A stretch of 64,000 nucleotides of DNA. Source: a virus (Duplodnaviria; Heunggongvirae; Uroviricota; Caudoviricetes). The notes under the pieces were generated by a model, which was given only the letters and a program-made list of their open reading frames with translations, did no database searches and had not been told where the DNA came from. Positions 45,874-55,439 of the stretch are shown here, piece by piece. Made by a program: the position numbers and the translations under genes. The stretch lies in the IMG/VR virus record IMGVR_UViG_3300027733_000047, one strand, 5' to 3'. How positions within the stretch are numbered: the stretch's first letter is position 1; every line of letters starts with the position of its first letter.

Positions 45874-46591
45874 TGTTAAATAGTTTAAAGTTTTTAATGA
45901 ATTCTTTGGTGTAGGGTTTTAACTTTTCATCATCTAGTTTACTATAAAGCCCAGTTGACATGAATGCTTGTATTTCATCATCGATAATTTTTTTGTTGTT
46001 GAGATAACCGATACCTACAAGTGCCTTGTTTAGTCTGTTGTAGTCTGATTTTTTAATCTTAGAGATTAGCGCATCACAATTTCTTTTGTACTCTGGATTG
46101 GTGTAATATAAGGCATGTGCCATTTCATGGTTCATCGTTCTAGACTTAAAATTATCTGTACCGATTAGATACCAATTATGTTTGGTGCCGTTGTTTAAGC
46201 TATATGATTTGGTTTCACATTCTGAAACAATATGTTGCATTATTTCGTCATATTCGGTCATGTACTTATCACCAAATTTTTCGATAGCCTTTTCCAATGA
46301 GTATGATGGTATGTTATAACCAGCCCAATCTTCTGGGTAGGTGAATGTCTCTTTCTTGTAATGGTCTCTGTAGCGCTTCATGAGGCCTTCTAGGGTAAAG
46401 AATCTGTTTCTTATACCTTTGATAGGTGACTCGTAGAACTCTTGGTATCTAGAGAATAGCATTGCCCTGTCGTAAGCATCTTCAACAGCAACACAGTATA
46501 TGTGTGGTGCTACTTCTTTAAGTTCTCCTTTTACTAAATAGTGTTTTATTTTCATATTAATATAAGTCTTCGCTGAATAATCTGTTTTCAA
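45866..46591 (-). CDS. putative HExxH-motif metallopeptidase-like protein
   Basis: 241 aa with TMNHEMAHALYY motif. Confidence 0.45.
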   Translation of the reverse strand: MKTDYSAKTYINMKIKHYLVKGELKEVAPHIYCVAVEDAYDRAMLFSRYQEFYESPIKGIRNRFFTLEGLMKRYRDHYKKETFTYPEDWAGYNIPSYSLEKAIEKFGDKYMTEYDEIMQHIVSECETKSYSLNNGTKHNWYLIGTDNFKSRTMNHEMAHALYYTNPEYKRNCDALISKIKKSDYNRLNKALVGIGYLNNKKIIDDEIQAFMSTGLYSKLDDEKLKPYTKEFIKNFKLFNNG

Positions 46592-46880
46592 AATCTATCG
46601 TATGTCCATTGGCTATATGGATTTGGGCACCTTCTTCTCTATCTACAAACCGATTTTTGCTTGTTAGGAATCCTTGTACATGTTCACCAGAACAGTCTTC
46701 ACCAATTTCACAAGTTCGTAAACCTGTTAATGAACTCATAGTCCACATACACTGACCATGACGATGTCCTAAGACTACTAAACCCTTATCGCAATTCTTT
46801 GGAAGTACTTCGGGTATCTCTTTCTTAAGAGGTATTTCTTTATACCATATAGCAGCACATAATATGTATTCTTGTTCCAT
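46557..46880 (-). CDS. hypothetical protein
   Basis: 107-aa ORF. Confidence 0.5.
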   Translation of the reverse strand: MEQEYILCAAIWYKEIPLKKEIPEVLPKNCDKGLVVLGHRHGQCMWTMSSLTGLRTCEIGEDCSGEHVQGFLTSKNRFVDREEGAQIHIANGHTIDFENRLFSEDLY

Positions 46881-46924
46881 GTGATAAATTTTTAAAAAAA
46901 ATAGTCTTTTGAACCACCAAAGGA

Positions 46925-47060
46925 TTCTACCGATACTTACACATGAAGCGTAAGCGCTATAGCCTCGGAACGGCTAGGAAAACAGAAGATGGGCGAGTGG
47001 ACATCTGTTTTTATGATTGGCATTACTGTTACGCACCTCAGGTATTTCTACCGTTCCCAA
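46925..47060. other. GC-rich non-coding segment with long-range complementarity (ggaacggctag ... ctaccgttcc)
   Basis: Between 47075..47293 and 46557..46880; composition unlike the flanking AT-rich spacers. Confidence 0.3.
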
Positions 47061-47074
47061 TCAACCTAATAGTT

Positions 47075-47293
47075 TTAACTTTCCAAATTTAATTTAAAGA
47101 CCAAACCGTTTTTTATTATTTTATCCTCGTAAATAAGCGAATCAACGATATCTCGTTTAACGTTGTATAAAGGATTATGTTCGCCGTCCATAACTCTACA
47201 TAACTTTGGCCCATGTCCCTTGATATAACCATCTTTATTAAATAAATCGGTTAAGACAAGTTTTTTCAATTTAATTGTTTCGTCTAGTGTCAT
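47075..47293 (-). CDS. hypothetical protein
   Basis: 72-aa ORF. Confidence 0.45.
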   Translation of the reverse strand: MTLDETIKLKKLVLTDLFNKDGYIKGHGPKLCRVMDGEHNPLYNVKRDIVDSLIYEDKIIKNGLVFKLNLES

Positions 47294-47296
47294 CGT

Positions 47297-48256
47297 TTAT
47301 CTTGGGTTGTATATCATTGAAGTGCCTGAACCAAGTACTGTTGATGGTACGCGTGGTACATCACCATTAGCATTTACCCAACGGATGTATTCAACATAAG
47401 TAGGGCTAAGTTCACGTGTTTTAAGTCTAATAGCCTCGGCCTCACCTGCTGCAGAGATAACTGCTTTGGCTGAGTCACCTTTTGCTGTTGCAATTTTAGT
47501 TTCAGCATCAGCAACAGCTGTAAGTTTATCAAGTTCAGCTTGTTGTGCTTTTTGAATTGCTTCTGTTTTTGCTTTGATAACATCAGCCAATTCTTTTGGT
47601 GGTACGACGCCTGGGTTGATTTGTGATACCGTAAAGTACAAGCTTAATTCTTTATTTAACTCTCTTGTAACATCTTCTTGATACTTTTGTTTGTGATTAA
47701 AGATGCTATCAATCGTGTAGCTATTGCTTGCGTTGGCTAGAGCAATGTTAGTGGCTGTTGACAACCAATTATCTTCTAATGAAGTGAAACTACCACCCTT
47801 TAATAGATTGACATACAAGTCAACCGCTTTTTCTGGTTTCAACGAATAGTTAAAACTAGGGTTAACTTGAATAGGGAAACCACCTCTTGTTGTTACACTG
47901 AACGCTTGATACGATACGTGGTTTTGACGAATTGAATACTCAACTACATCGCTAATCCAAGAGTTGTAGAATACCCAACCTTTAACTGGGATAGCAACAG
48001 GAATACCTTTGCTATTACCGATGCGGTCAATCTTAAGACCAACATTACCAGCATCAATTCTTTGGATGGTAACTGGGTTCATTAGTGATAGTGATAGGGA
48101 TATGAGAATTACCCCTACGAGTTTAGCAACCATCAATGGTTTTAAACTTCGGTCACCGTACCTATCAGGTTCGTTAAAATAATTTTTCGGGTTAAAGATA
48201 CCGAACGTTACGCCTAGTAACGCAATTGCAAGAATAAATGTTAATGTTCCAATCAT
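47297..48256 (-). CDS. SPFH/band-7 (HflK/C-like) membrane protein
   Basis: N-terminal TM; core resembling SPFH fold; C-terminal coiled coil with AEAEAIRLK typical of HflK/C. Confidence 0.55.
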   Translation of the reverse strand: MIGTLTFILAIALLGVTFGIFNPKNYFNEPDRYGDRSLKPLMVAKLVGVILISLSLSLMNPVTIQRIDAGNVGLKIDRIGNSKGIPVAIPVKGWVFYNSWISDVVEYSIRQNHVSYQAFSVTTRGGFPIQVNPSFNYSLKPEKAVDLYVNLLKGGSFTSLEDNWLSTATNIALANASNSYTIDSIFNHKQKYQEDVTRELNKELSLYFTVSQINPGVVPPKELADVIKAKTEAIQKAQQAELDKLTAVADAETKIATAKGDSAKAVISAAGEAEAIRLKTRELSPTYVEYIRWVNANGDVPRVPSTVLGSGTSMIYNPR

Positions 48257-48498
48257 TGTTTTGTGTGTTTTTTAAAGTAAAAAAATAAATGTTTAGTGTG
48301 TAAAATAATGCTTATCAAAATTAATGATAGCAATAGTCCTTCGAATAGGGTGATAAAGATGCTTTGTTGTTGTGACATCAAGCTACCCAACATATCAATG
48401 AATATTGCTGATAGCGCGAGGTGAACAAAGGCCCCTAAAATTTTAAATAATAATTCCATGTGTTTAAGTGTATTAGAATACAAATATACTAAACGCAT
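48253..48498 (-). CDS. small membrane protein
   Basis: Hydrophobic; start overlaps SPFH stop. Confidence 0.5.
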   Translation of the reverse strand: MRLVYLYSNTLKHMELLFKILGAFVHLALSAIFIDMLGSLMSQQQSIFITLFEGLLLSLILISIILHTKHLFFYFKKHTKQ

Positions 48499-48530
48499 TT
48501 TGATTATCCAAATAAAATTTGATTTATTTT

Positions 48531-49901
48531 TTAATTAAATTGGATAGGGCTAGGTGGTGATGGTAATGGATGAACAATTACGGGTTGTTGTATTGTTGCA
48601 CTGCAGAGTGTTCCAACGGTTGTTGCTGTTAGACTAACATTAAATGTTCCAGCACTTGAATAGATGTGAGTTGGGTTTGTAAGTATTGATGTTGTGTTGT
48701 CACCAAAACCCCATTGATATGTTATTGAGTGGTTTGGTATTTGGGGTGTTGTATTCGTGAATACAGTAGTACCACCCAAACAAACTGGTGGTACATTAAA
48801 ACTTGGGTCTGGTGTTGGCTCTATAGTAACTATTATCGTTGTATCTCTTCCGCATCCTAAGTTAGATGATATGTATAAATTTACAGAATAGGTACCAGCT
48901 TGAAATGTATGGATTGGATTTTGTAATGTAGATATTGTACCATCATCAAATGTCCATAAGTAATTAATTGGTGAGTAGCTAGCAGAGCTGGTATTTGTAA
49001 ATTGTACTACCCCAGCACAGTTTGGTGTATATGTGAAGTTTGGAAACCCAGGGGCCATATCTAAAATATAGTACAGCGTTAATTGACACCCTAGAAAGGT
49101 TGTAACTTGACATGTGATTGTATCGTATAATTGTGGGTTGATTGTTGTGCTTTGTGTTGTATCTCCATTCTCCCAAAGATAACTAGCAAAACCACCTAAG
49201 CCATCTATCGTTAATGTTGTATCATTTTCACAATATGTTACGTGGTTAGTTGATTGACCACATTGAACAGCATCTATATAAGCGTAGCCGTAGTGTCCTC
49301 TAAGTCTGCAGTCACCTGTTTCAAATTCAAGTGTCACTGATTGTCCAACATAAGCACTTAAGTCAACTGCCACTTCAGTCCAATCTCTCCAAGCAACCGA
49401 AACAGTATCTGGCGGGTTTGGCCCACAATATTGAAACCCAGCCAAATTTGATGCTGCTGTTACGGTATAGTCAGTACAAGGTATAACGGTGCCGTTTGCT
49501 AATCTAACTCTAGATTGAAATCTAGGTTGGTCTGCTACCAAGTGGTTTGGGTCTTGGAATACCACAGCATATGCGTATCTAATGATTGTTGTTGCTGGTG
49601 TTACTGTAAATTGATAATAAAGTGCTTCTGCTTGAGCACCTACTCTATTATTTCCGAGTCTAGCTGAGTATGTACCTTGGTAAACTGTTCTTAATCCGCC
49701 ACATGTGTTTGGGTCAGTACCTTGTGTCATTATTGTTTGTCTGTTTGCTCCAAAACCATTTGTTGGTAATACGATTGGGCAGCATGTGCCTAGTCTGGCT
49801 GACCAACCAGTAAAGTTACCAAGTTCAAAATCAGTATTACCACATTGCGAATATGTTGCAACGGAAATGAATAATGATATAATAAATAAAACGTTTTTCA
49901 T
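48531..49901 (-). CDS. secreted protein with C-terminal PKD repeats
   Basis: Signal peptide MKNVLFIISLFISVATYSQ; two PKD-like units (YLWTFDDGT...NPIHTFQAGTYSVNL; YQWGFGDNT...NPTHIYSSAGTFNVSL); GC-richer than the phage background. Confidence 0.65.
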   Translation of the reverse strand: MKNVLFIISLFISVATYSQCGNTDFELGNFTGWSARLGTCCPIVLPTNGFGANRQTIMTQGTDPNTCGGLRTVYQGTYSARLGNNRVGAQAEALYYQFTVTPATTIIRYAYAVVFQDPNHLVADQPRFQSRVRLANGTVIPCTDYTVTAASNLAGFQYCGPNPPDTVSVAWRDWTEVAVDLSAYVGQSVTLEFETGDCRLRGHYGYAYIDAVQCGQSTNHVTYCENDTTLTIDGLGGFASYLWENGDTTQSTTINPQLYDTITCQVTTFLGCQLTLYYILDMAPGFPNFTYTPNCAGVVQFTNTSSASYSPINYLWTFDDGTISTLQNPIHTFQAGTYSVNLYISSNLGCGRDTTIIVTIEPTPDPSFNVPPVCLGGTTVFTNTTPQIPNHSITYQWGFGDNTTSILTNPTHIYSSAGTFNVSLTATTVGTLCSATIQQPVIVHPLPSPPSPIQFN

Positions 49902-49907
49902 AATTTA

Positions 49908-50105
49908 TTAATAACGAGGAGATGAAAGTCTTAGGGGGTCAATTGTTCTTGTTTCCCTTCTATCTAACCTACGTATTTGTCTTTCGTACTTTCTAGTATT
50001 AGTTTCAAATTTATGTCTTGGGTTTGCCGCAGCATATGGTGACATATATGTAGTACAGCCATTTGAAATGGCAATAATAAAAATTAAAATAAATATTTTT
50101 TTCAT
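49908..50105 (-). CDS. small lipoprotein
   Basis: MKKIFILIFIIAISNGC lipobox. Confidence 0.5.
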   Translation of the reverse strand: MKKIFILIFIIAISNGCTTYMSPYAAANPRHKFETNTRKYERQIRRLDRRETRTIDPLRLSSPRY

Positions 50106-50662
50106 CGTATTAAAATTAAATTTCCTTTTTTAAAACCTGTTTTACCGTCAATTCCTTTCCACCAACATTGAAAAACAAAATTAAAGATTCCTTGTTGTGC
50201 ACCTTTATATATTCCATTCCATTTATCACCCAATTTATTTGTTTGATAAACCATCTCCCCGTATCTATTATATACCTGCCAACGAATTTCGGTTATTTTA
50301 AACGGAATTGGTGACCAAGCGTCATTAAGCCCATCTCCATTAGGTGTAAATGCGTTAGGAAAAAATATTGCCGATTCTGGACATTTTACAACCTTTACCC
50401 GATATATTCTAGTTGGGTTGCCGCATTCATCTTTATAATAGACTCTTATTAGATAATATCCTGTATCTCTCCAAGTTATTCTAACATTTGAATTTGTTGA
50501 TATTGTATCGCTATTAAGTGTCCATAACCAACCACCACTACTTGTTGATGCATTTGCCCAATAGTTAAAAGTATTCCTAACGTTTGGACATAGTTCAATC
50601 TCTTGCTGAGCTTTTACCGACAGGCTCACCGTAATTAATAATATAGATATGATATATCTCAT
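50102..50662 (-). CDS. secreted protein with T9SS type-B C-terminal sorting domain (CHU_C / gliding-motility-associated CTD)
   Basis: Signal peptide; C-terminus FFPNAFTPNGDGLNDAW...VYNRYGEMVYQT...WNGIYKG...GIFNFVF...GNLILIR matches the TIGR04131-type signature (FTPNGDGINDxF ... IFNRWG..VF ... WdGtykG ... GvYvY ... GtvtLiR). Confidence 0.75.
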   Translation of the reverse strand: MRYIISILLITVSLSVKAQQEIELCPNVRNTFNYWANASTSSGGWLWTLNSDTISTNSNVRITWRDTGYYLIRVYYKDECGNPTRIYRVKVVKCPESAIFFPNAFTPNGDGLNDAWSPIPFKITEIRWQVYNRYGEMVYQTNKLGDKWNGIYKGAQQGIFNFVFQCWWKGIDGKTGFKKGNLILIR

Positions 50663-51207
50663 TAATCATGTTGTATTGGGCTTATTGTTGGTAATGGATT
50701 TACAACCACAGGATTGGTAACGCTAAACGTACAACCACCTAGGCTATATGTATATGTTACGTTTGATGTACCTACACCTGCTGTTGTTGGGCAGAATTGG
50801 TTACCAGTTACACCATTTCCAGACCAGATACCGCCATCAGGTGAGCCAACTAAGGTCACACAAGGTGCGTTAACACAGAACGGTCCAGATTGAAATGTTG
50901 GTGTTATGTTTAGCACAAACACATTTAAAAGGACTGGTGGGCCTACGCAACCAAATTCATTGGTTGGGAAAACGGTCACAGCATTTGTTATTAGGCCAGC
51001 GTTTGCTGTACCCCAATCAACGGTGATTATGTGTGTTCCTTGGCCTGAGGTAATGATACCTGGGCTGGCTACGGTCCAAGTATATGTATTATTTGGTACG
51101 TTTACAACCTGATATGTAGAGCTATTTGAACGATAACAAACAGTATCTGTTTGTGCTTTAACCAAAAAAGGTGTAAAAAATAGGAGGATAAAGAGTAACT
51201 TTTTCAT
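50662..51207 (-). CDS. secreted Ig-like/Cys-rich protein
   Basis: Signal peptide MKKLLFILLFFTPFLVKAQ; ends PLPTISPIQHD, similar to the PKD protein C-terminus PLPSPPSPIQFN. Confidence 0.55.
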   Translation of the reverse strand: MKKLLFILLFFTPFLVKAQTDTVCYRSNSSTYQVVNVPNNTYTWTVASPGIITSGQGTHIITVDWGTANAGLITNAVTVFPTNEFGCVGPPVLLNVFVLNITPTFQSGPFCVNAPCVTLVGSPDGGIWSGNGVTGNQFCPTTAGVGTSNVTYTYSLGGCTFSVTNPVVVNPLPTISPIQHD

Positions 51208-51257
51208 TGGGATTAGGGTTTACTATAAATATTTTATTAAGCAACAAAAGTACCGAA

Positions 51258-51983
51258 TTATATTGTAATTATTTTTAAATTATCATCCCCATCTAAAATT
51301 ATAGCTGTCCTATTTTCAACCCAGTCCCCAGAGTTAAGATAATGGTCATTGTTGATGACCAAATCTGAGGGTTGGTGTATATGTCCGCATATTACACCAT
51401 TGCAATCTTTTTTGTGTGCCATCTTTATTGCGGCATTCTCAAAGTCATTTATATAATTGGTAGCTTGTTTAACACTTGCTTTAATTTTTTGGGAAATTGA
51501 CTGATATGGAAGTTTTCTCCATGCTCTGTATCGATTATACCATCTGTTTAACCATAGGGCCATATCGTATCCAACTGAACCAATCTTTGCTAACCATTTA
51601 TATTTGCTAATAAAAACATCTATTACATCACCGTGGAATATATAATATTTTTTATCTTTAACATTCAGGATATAGTCCTCAACAATCATTATGTTTCCAA
51701 AACTAGAACCAATGAATTCAGCTATGAATTCGTCGTGATTACCTCTAATCCAAACTACTTTTATCTTGTTTGATAGCTTTAATATCTTGGATATAACCAT
51801 CGTATGTTTCTTTTTCCATTTTGAGCCTCTATTTAACGCCCAACCATCAATGATATCACCATTTAGAATTAATAATTCAGTTGGATTATTGTCCAGAAAT
51901 TCAATAAAGTCTTTGGCTTTAGAGTCTTTGGTCCCAAGATGTAAATCAGATACGATTATAGCTTTGGATTTCATATTCCACAA
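51258..51983 (-). CDS. LpxH-family metallophosphoesterase (UDP-2,3-diacylglucosamine hydrolase-like)
   Basis: SDLHLG...NGDIIDGW...RGNHDEF...FHGDVID...GHIHQP...NSGDW: calcineurin-like motifs in LpxH order. Confidence 0.6.
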   Translation of the reverse strand: MWNMKSKAIIVSDLHLGTKDSKAKDFIEFLDNNPTELLILNGDIIDGWALNRGSKWKKKHTMVISKILKLSNKIKVVWIRGNHDEFIAEFIGSSFGNIMIVEDYILNVKDKKYYIFHGDVIDVFISKYKWLAKIGSVGYDMALWLNRWYNRYRAWRKLPYQSISQKIKASVKQATNYINDFENAAIKMAHKKDCNGVICGHIHQPSDLVINNDHYLNSGDWVENRTAIILDGDDNLKIITI

Positions 51984-52059
51984 AATAGTTTTGTTAGAAT
52001 TATTAAAACGGCTGCTGTTGTTACAACAATAAACTCAAATTTGATATCAACTTTCTTTT

Positions 52060-52758
52060 TCATCGCCAATAATTAAAATCTTTTTTAAAAAACTCGTCGT
52101 TATTTCTATTCCACCAGCACATAACCATTAGTTTAATCATATACCATAAACCTTTTTCCTCAAATCTTCTAGAAGGAGTATGAACAAATAGATTCGAAAT
52201 CTTAAACCTTTTAGTGTTAATTTTTGAGCTAATGTGGTAGTCTTCTGCAATTTTATCCTCATTATTAAATCCTCCAATTTTATTAAATGCATCGGTTTTA
52301 AACATCATAAACCCACCCAATGCGAATGGGGTTGTTTTAGAACTAAACCATTGTATAGTATTAAATATTTTGTAAACCCAATCAAATTTACCGTCAAATG
52401 TTTTAAATTTACAAGTCAGCAAATCATAGTCATTTTCAACCATTTCTTTTAAACATTTAACAATTAATTCATTATCGTATATGTGTATGTCAGCATCAAG
52501 AAATAAAACATAGGGTGTTTTTACCAGTTTGGCACCGTTGTTTCTAGCCACGGATGGTAGGCCACCATCAATTATTGTTACTTGCGAACTATATTTTTTT
52601 TGATATTTTTTTAGTAGTATGGTGCTGATTTCATCGTTTGATGAATCCGCAATAATTACTTTAAACTTTTCAGTTTGTTGTACAATAAAAATGAGGGTGT
52701 CTATTACTAAACGACCCTCATTTTTACTAGGTATTACTATGGTTATATCTTTATTCAT
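52060..52758 (-). CDS. family-2 glycosyltransferase
   Basis: ITIVIPSKNE N-terminus and LFLDADIHI (DxD) motif. Confidence 0.6.
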   Translation of the reverse strand: MNKDITIVIPSKNEGRLVIDTLIFIVQQTEKFKVIIADSSNDEISTILLKKYQKKYSSQVTIIDGGLPSVARNNGAKLVKTPYVLFLDADIHIYDNELIVKCLKEMVENDYDLLTCKFKTFDGKFDWVYKIFNTIQWFSSKTTPFALGGFMMFKTDAFNKIGGFNNEDKIAEDYHISSKINTKRFKISNLFVHTPSRRFEEKGLWYMIKLMVMCWWNRNNDEFFKKDFNYWR

Positions 52759-52800
52759 ACATATAAATATTGATATTTTTATATAAATTTTTAAAAAATG

Positions 52801-53154
52801 TTAATAACAAACTGTACCAATAAGATTATAGTTAGTTGTTATTTCATCCCCAATATTAATATCGATTGACGCAACAGTAGTTAAAGTATCTGGTTCAATT
52901 GTGTTTGGGTTATCGCTATGATTCATAAATCTATCATTATCTAATGAACATTTCCAAACATCATCTAAAAAATAACAATAGTGTTTAATATATTCTTTTT
53001 GTAGTTGTGGTAACTGTTCGTATTCTTGTTCAGTAAATTTTTTTGTGAAAATTGATTCTTTAAATATTACAGTTCCTTTAGGGATAAATTCATCGGCAAA
53101 TAGTCCGATACCATTAATCGCGCTTTCTTTTAACTTTGTTTTTACTCTTAACAT
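52801..53154 (-). CDS. SET-domain protein (putative protein lysine methyltransferase)
   Basis: 117 aa with GIGLFADEFIPKGTVI (GxG), RFMNHSDNPN (NHSCxPN-like) and GDEITTNY (ELxFDY-like) in SET order. Confidence 0.6.
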   Translation of the reverse strand: MLRVKTKLKESAINGIGLFADEFIPKGTVIFKESIFTKKFTEQEYEQLPQLQKEYIKHYCYFLDDVWKCSLDNDRFMNHSDNPNTIEPDTLTTVASIDINIGDEITTNYNLIGTVCY

Positions 53155-53513
53155 AATTTTTTAATATTGTGTGGTTTTGGTCTACCTTCATCATCTAATA
53201 ATACAAATACTATTTTATCTATCTTGATTATTGTTTCTTTGGTTGTCTTGCATCTAACGTCACACGCTAGAGTAATAGAAGTAGTACCTATGCTGACTAG
53301 TTCGGTACCAAACTCTACTATGTCTCCTTGCTTAGCCGTCTTAACAAAATTGACTTCACTCATTGCTTTGGTTACGATGTTAGGTGAACCTAGCTGACAT
53401 ATAGCAAAGATAGCAGCCTCTTCATCAATCCATTCTAATACCCTTCCCCCGAAGAGTGTACCTCTTGAGTTTAGGTCACCTGGTTTTACTAGTTTTCTTG
53501 TTCTGTATTTCAT
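53148..53513 (-). CDS. hotdog-fold acyl-CoA thioesterase
   Basis: LNSRGTLFGGRVLEWIDEEAAIFA resembles the 4HBT/YbgC acyl-CoA hydrolase core. Confidence 0.55.
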   Translation of the reverse strand: MKYRTRKLVKPGDLNSRGTLFGGRVLEWIDEEAAIFAICQLGSPNIVTKAMSEVNFVKTAKQGDIVEFGTELVSIGTTSITLACDVRCKTTKETIIKIDKIVFVLLDDEGRPKPHNIKKLC

Positions 53514-53540
53514 ATTTTATTTTGTTTTAACTACTTTAAA

Positions 53541-53759
53541 TTAAGATTTTTCAAGTAATGAATTATCCAATTCTATACCTAAACCAAATAGTGATTTTTC
53601 GATTACTTCACGTATTGTCAATGTTGTATCTTCTTTCATAATATTTAAACAAACTAACATAAGTTCATTTGTTCTATCAATTTGATTAATGAATTTAATC
53701 ACATAATCAATAAATTTTAAATCGTCAAAATTTTTCATAATTTTCCAAGATGTTTCCAT
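53541..53759 (-). CDS. hypothetical protein
   Basis: 72-aa ORF. Confidence 0.45.
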   Translation of the reverse strand: METSWKIMKNFDDLKFIDYVIKFINQIDRTNELMLVCLNIMKEDTTLTIREVIEKSLFGLGIELDNSLLEKS

Positions 53760-53762
53760 TTT

Positions 53763-54113
53763 TTATTTTATTTTAACTACTTTAAATAATCCTTTCTCTA
53801 TTGTGTAACCGTTATTAATAAAATGTTTTAGGCTATCGACATTGCAGTGGGCATAAACTATTTTATCTGTATCTTTAATTTTTGAATCTCTGTAGTTCCA
53901 CAATAGTTTATATATCCCTTTGCTCCTGTGTTCTTCTTTAACATAGGCATGACATAAGTAGATTACAGATTCGTGTTCAACATAAGATACAACACCAACC
54001 AATTCATTTTTAATTAGGCATCCGTAGTAAGTAGCGTGTTTATCTAATAGGTCAGGTTTGAGTTCTTTAAACTCATCCTCAACATCATTATATGTAATCT
54101 TTTTAATTTCCAT
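53763..54113 (-). CDS. GNAT-family N-acetyltransferase
   Basis: VGVVSY...HAYVKEEHRSKGIYKLL resembles GNAT motif A. Confidence 0.45.
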   Translation of the reverse strand: MEIKKITYNDVEDEFKELKPDLLDKHATYYGCLIKNELVGVVSYVEHESVIYLCHAYVKEEHRSKGIYKLLWNYRDSKIKDTDKIVYAHCNVDSLKHFINNGYTIEKGLFKVVKIK

Positions 54114-54302
54114 TGGTTAATTACTTTACTCTTTTTTTAATTTCCAATAATTCTGCGGCAGTTTCGTAATCTTCTTCGTTAACAGATAATTTTTCGGCAT
54201 CCTCACAAATTTCTTTTAACATATCAACAATAAAATATCTAATCTCTTCTTTACTTTTACCTTTGAGGTTTTCTAATATTTTTTCTTTTTCTGTCATATA
54301 AT

Positions 54303-55433
54303 TTAATTAGAAAGTGGCATTTTTATCGCTGGATGACTTTGATATCCTTCAATAATAAAATCACCGATTTCATAATGTGCGATATCATCAACTTTACTAT
54401 CTAATATTTTTAACTTTGGTAATGGATATGGTTCTCTTGTTAATTGTTCTACAACACCTTCCTTTTGATTCAGGTAAATATGACAATCTCCCATATTTGC
54501 AATTAATTCATCAGGAACCATATTAACTTCTTTGGCTATGATTTCTAAAAGTAGAGCATAACTTGCGATGTTGAATGGTGTGCCTAACGGAACATCTTGA
54601 CTTCTAGTATTATACATTAAAGAGATTGCTCGGGTTGGTAGGTTATTATCAAGTAATTTATTCGTCCAAGCATTCACATCTCCAACTGATTTGAACTCGG
54701 GTACTACAATCTCACCTTTTTCTCTCTTTTGATTAAAAATTGAAACTCTCTCTTCAATACTTAACTCTCTCGTATAAAATTGAAAATCAGTATGACAGGG
54801 TGGAAGCGTCATTTTTTGTAACTCACCTACATTCCAAGCATTAACTTTATTGCGTCTAGAATCTGGGTCTATTTTAAGCAAATTGATTGAATTTGCGATT
54901 TGGTCTATGGTCTGTTTTTCCATATATCTCAACCCATTGCCATTAGGTATTTCCAAATCATGATTAACCCAACTTCTCCACTGTCTACCATAAATTGGTC
55001 CTAAATCTCCCCACTTCTTAGCAAACTCGTCATCGGTTTTGATTTTGTTGATGAACTCTTCTTGTGATAGAATTTTTATCTCTGAAAGATATTCTTGATA
55101 TCTCTCCTCAGTCGAAAATGATTTTTGTAATTTATTAGCGTGTTCCCACCCTTTCAAATACGCTTTATAAGCATCGCCATCCCATATATGACATCCATTA
55201 TCAACAAGGTATTTGATATTGGTATCACCACGTAAGAACCATAGTAGTTCTGTCACCATAGTTTTCCAAGCCATCTTCTTTGTTGTTAGTAATGGAAATC
55301 CTTCGCTCATTTTGTGGCGGATTTGTCTACCGAATACGCTTATGGTTCCTGTACCAGTGCGGTCTTTCTTTTCAACTCCATTATGGATTATATCCTGAAG
55401 TAGTCTTTGATATTGTTTGTCGATGTTATTCAT
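54303..55433 (-). CDS. thyA: thymidylate synthase (ThyA, long form with L. casei-type insertion)
   Basis: DRTGTGTISVFG, WGDLGPIYGRQWRSW, DPDSRR, LPPCH (catalytic Cys), PFNIASYALL; 376 aa, with the insert before WGDLG. Confidence 0.85.
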   Translation of the reverse strand: MNNIDKQYQRLLQDIIHNGVEKKDRTGTGTISVFGRQIRHKMSEGFPLLTTKKMAWKTMVTELLWFLRGDTNIKYLVDNGCHIWDGDAYKAYLKGWEHANKLQKSFSTEERYQEYLSEIKILSQEEFINKIKTDDEFAKKWGDLGPIYGRQWRSWVNHDLEIPNGNGLRYMEKQTIDQIANSINLLKIDPDSRRNKVNAWNVGELQKMTLPPCHTDFQFYTRELSIEERVSIFNQKREKGEIVVPEFKSVGDVNAWTNKLLDNNLPTRAISLMYNTRSQDVPLGTPFNIASYALLLEIIAKEVNMVPDELIANMGDCHIYLNQKEGVVEQLTREPYPLPKLKILDSKVDDIAHYEIGDFIIEGYQSHPAIKMPLSN

Positions 55434-55439
55434 AATCTT

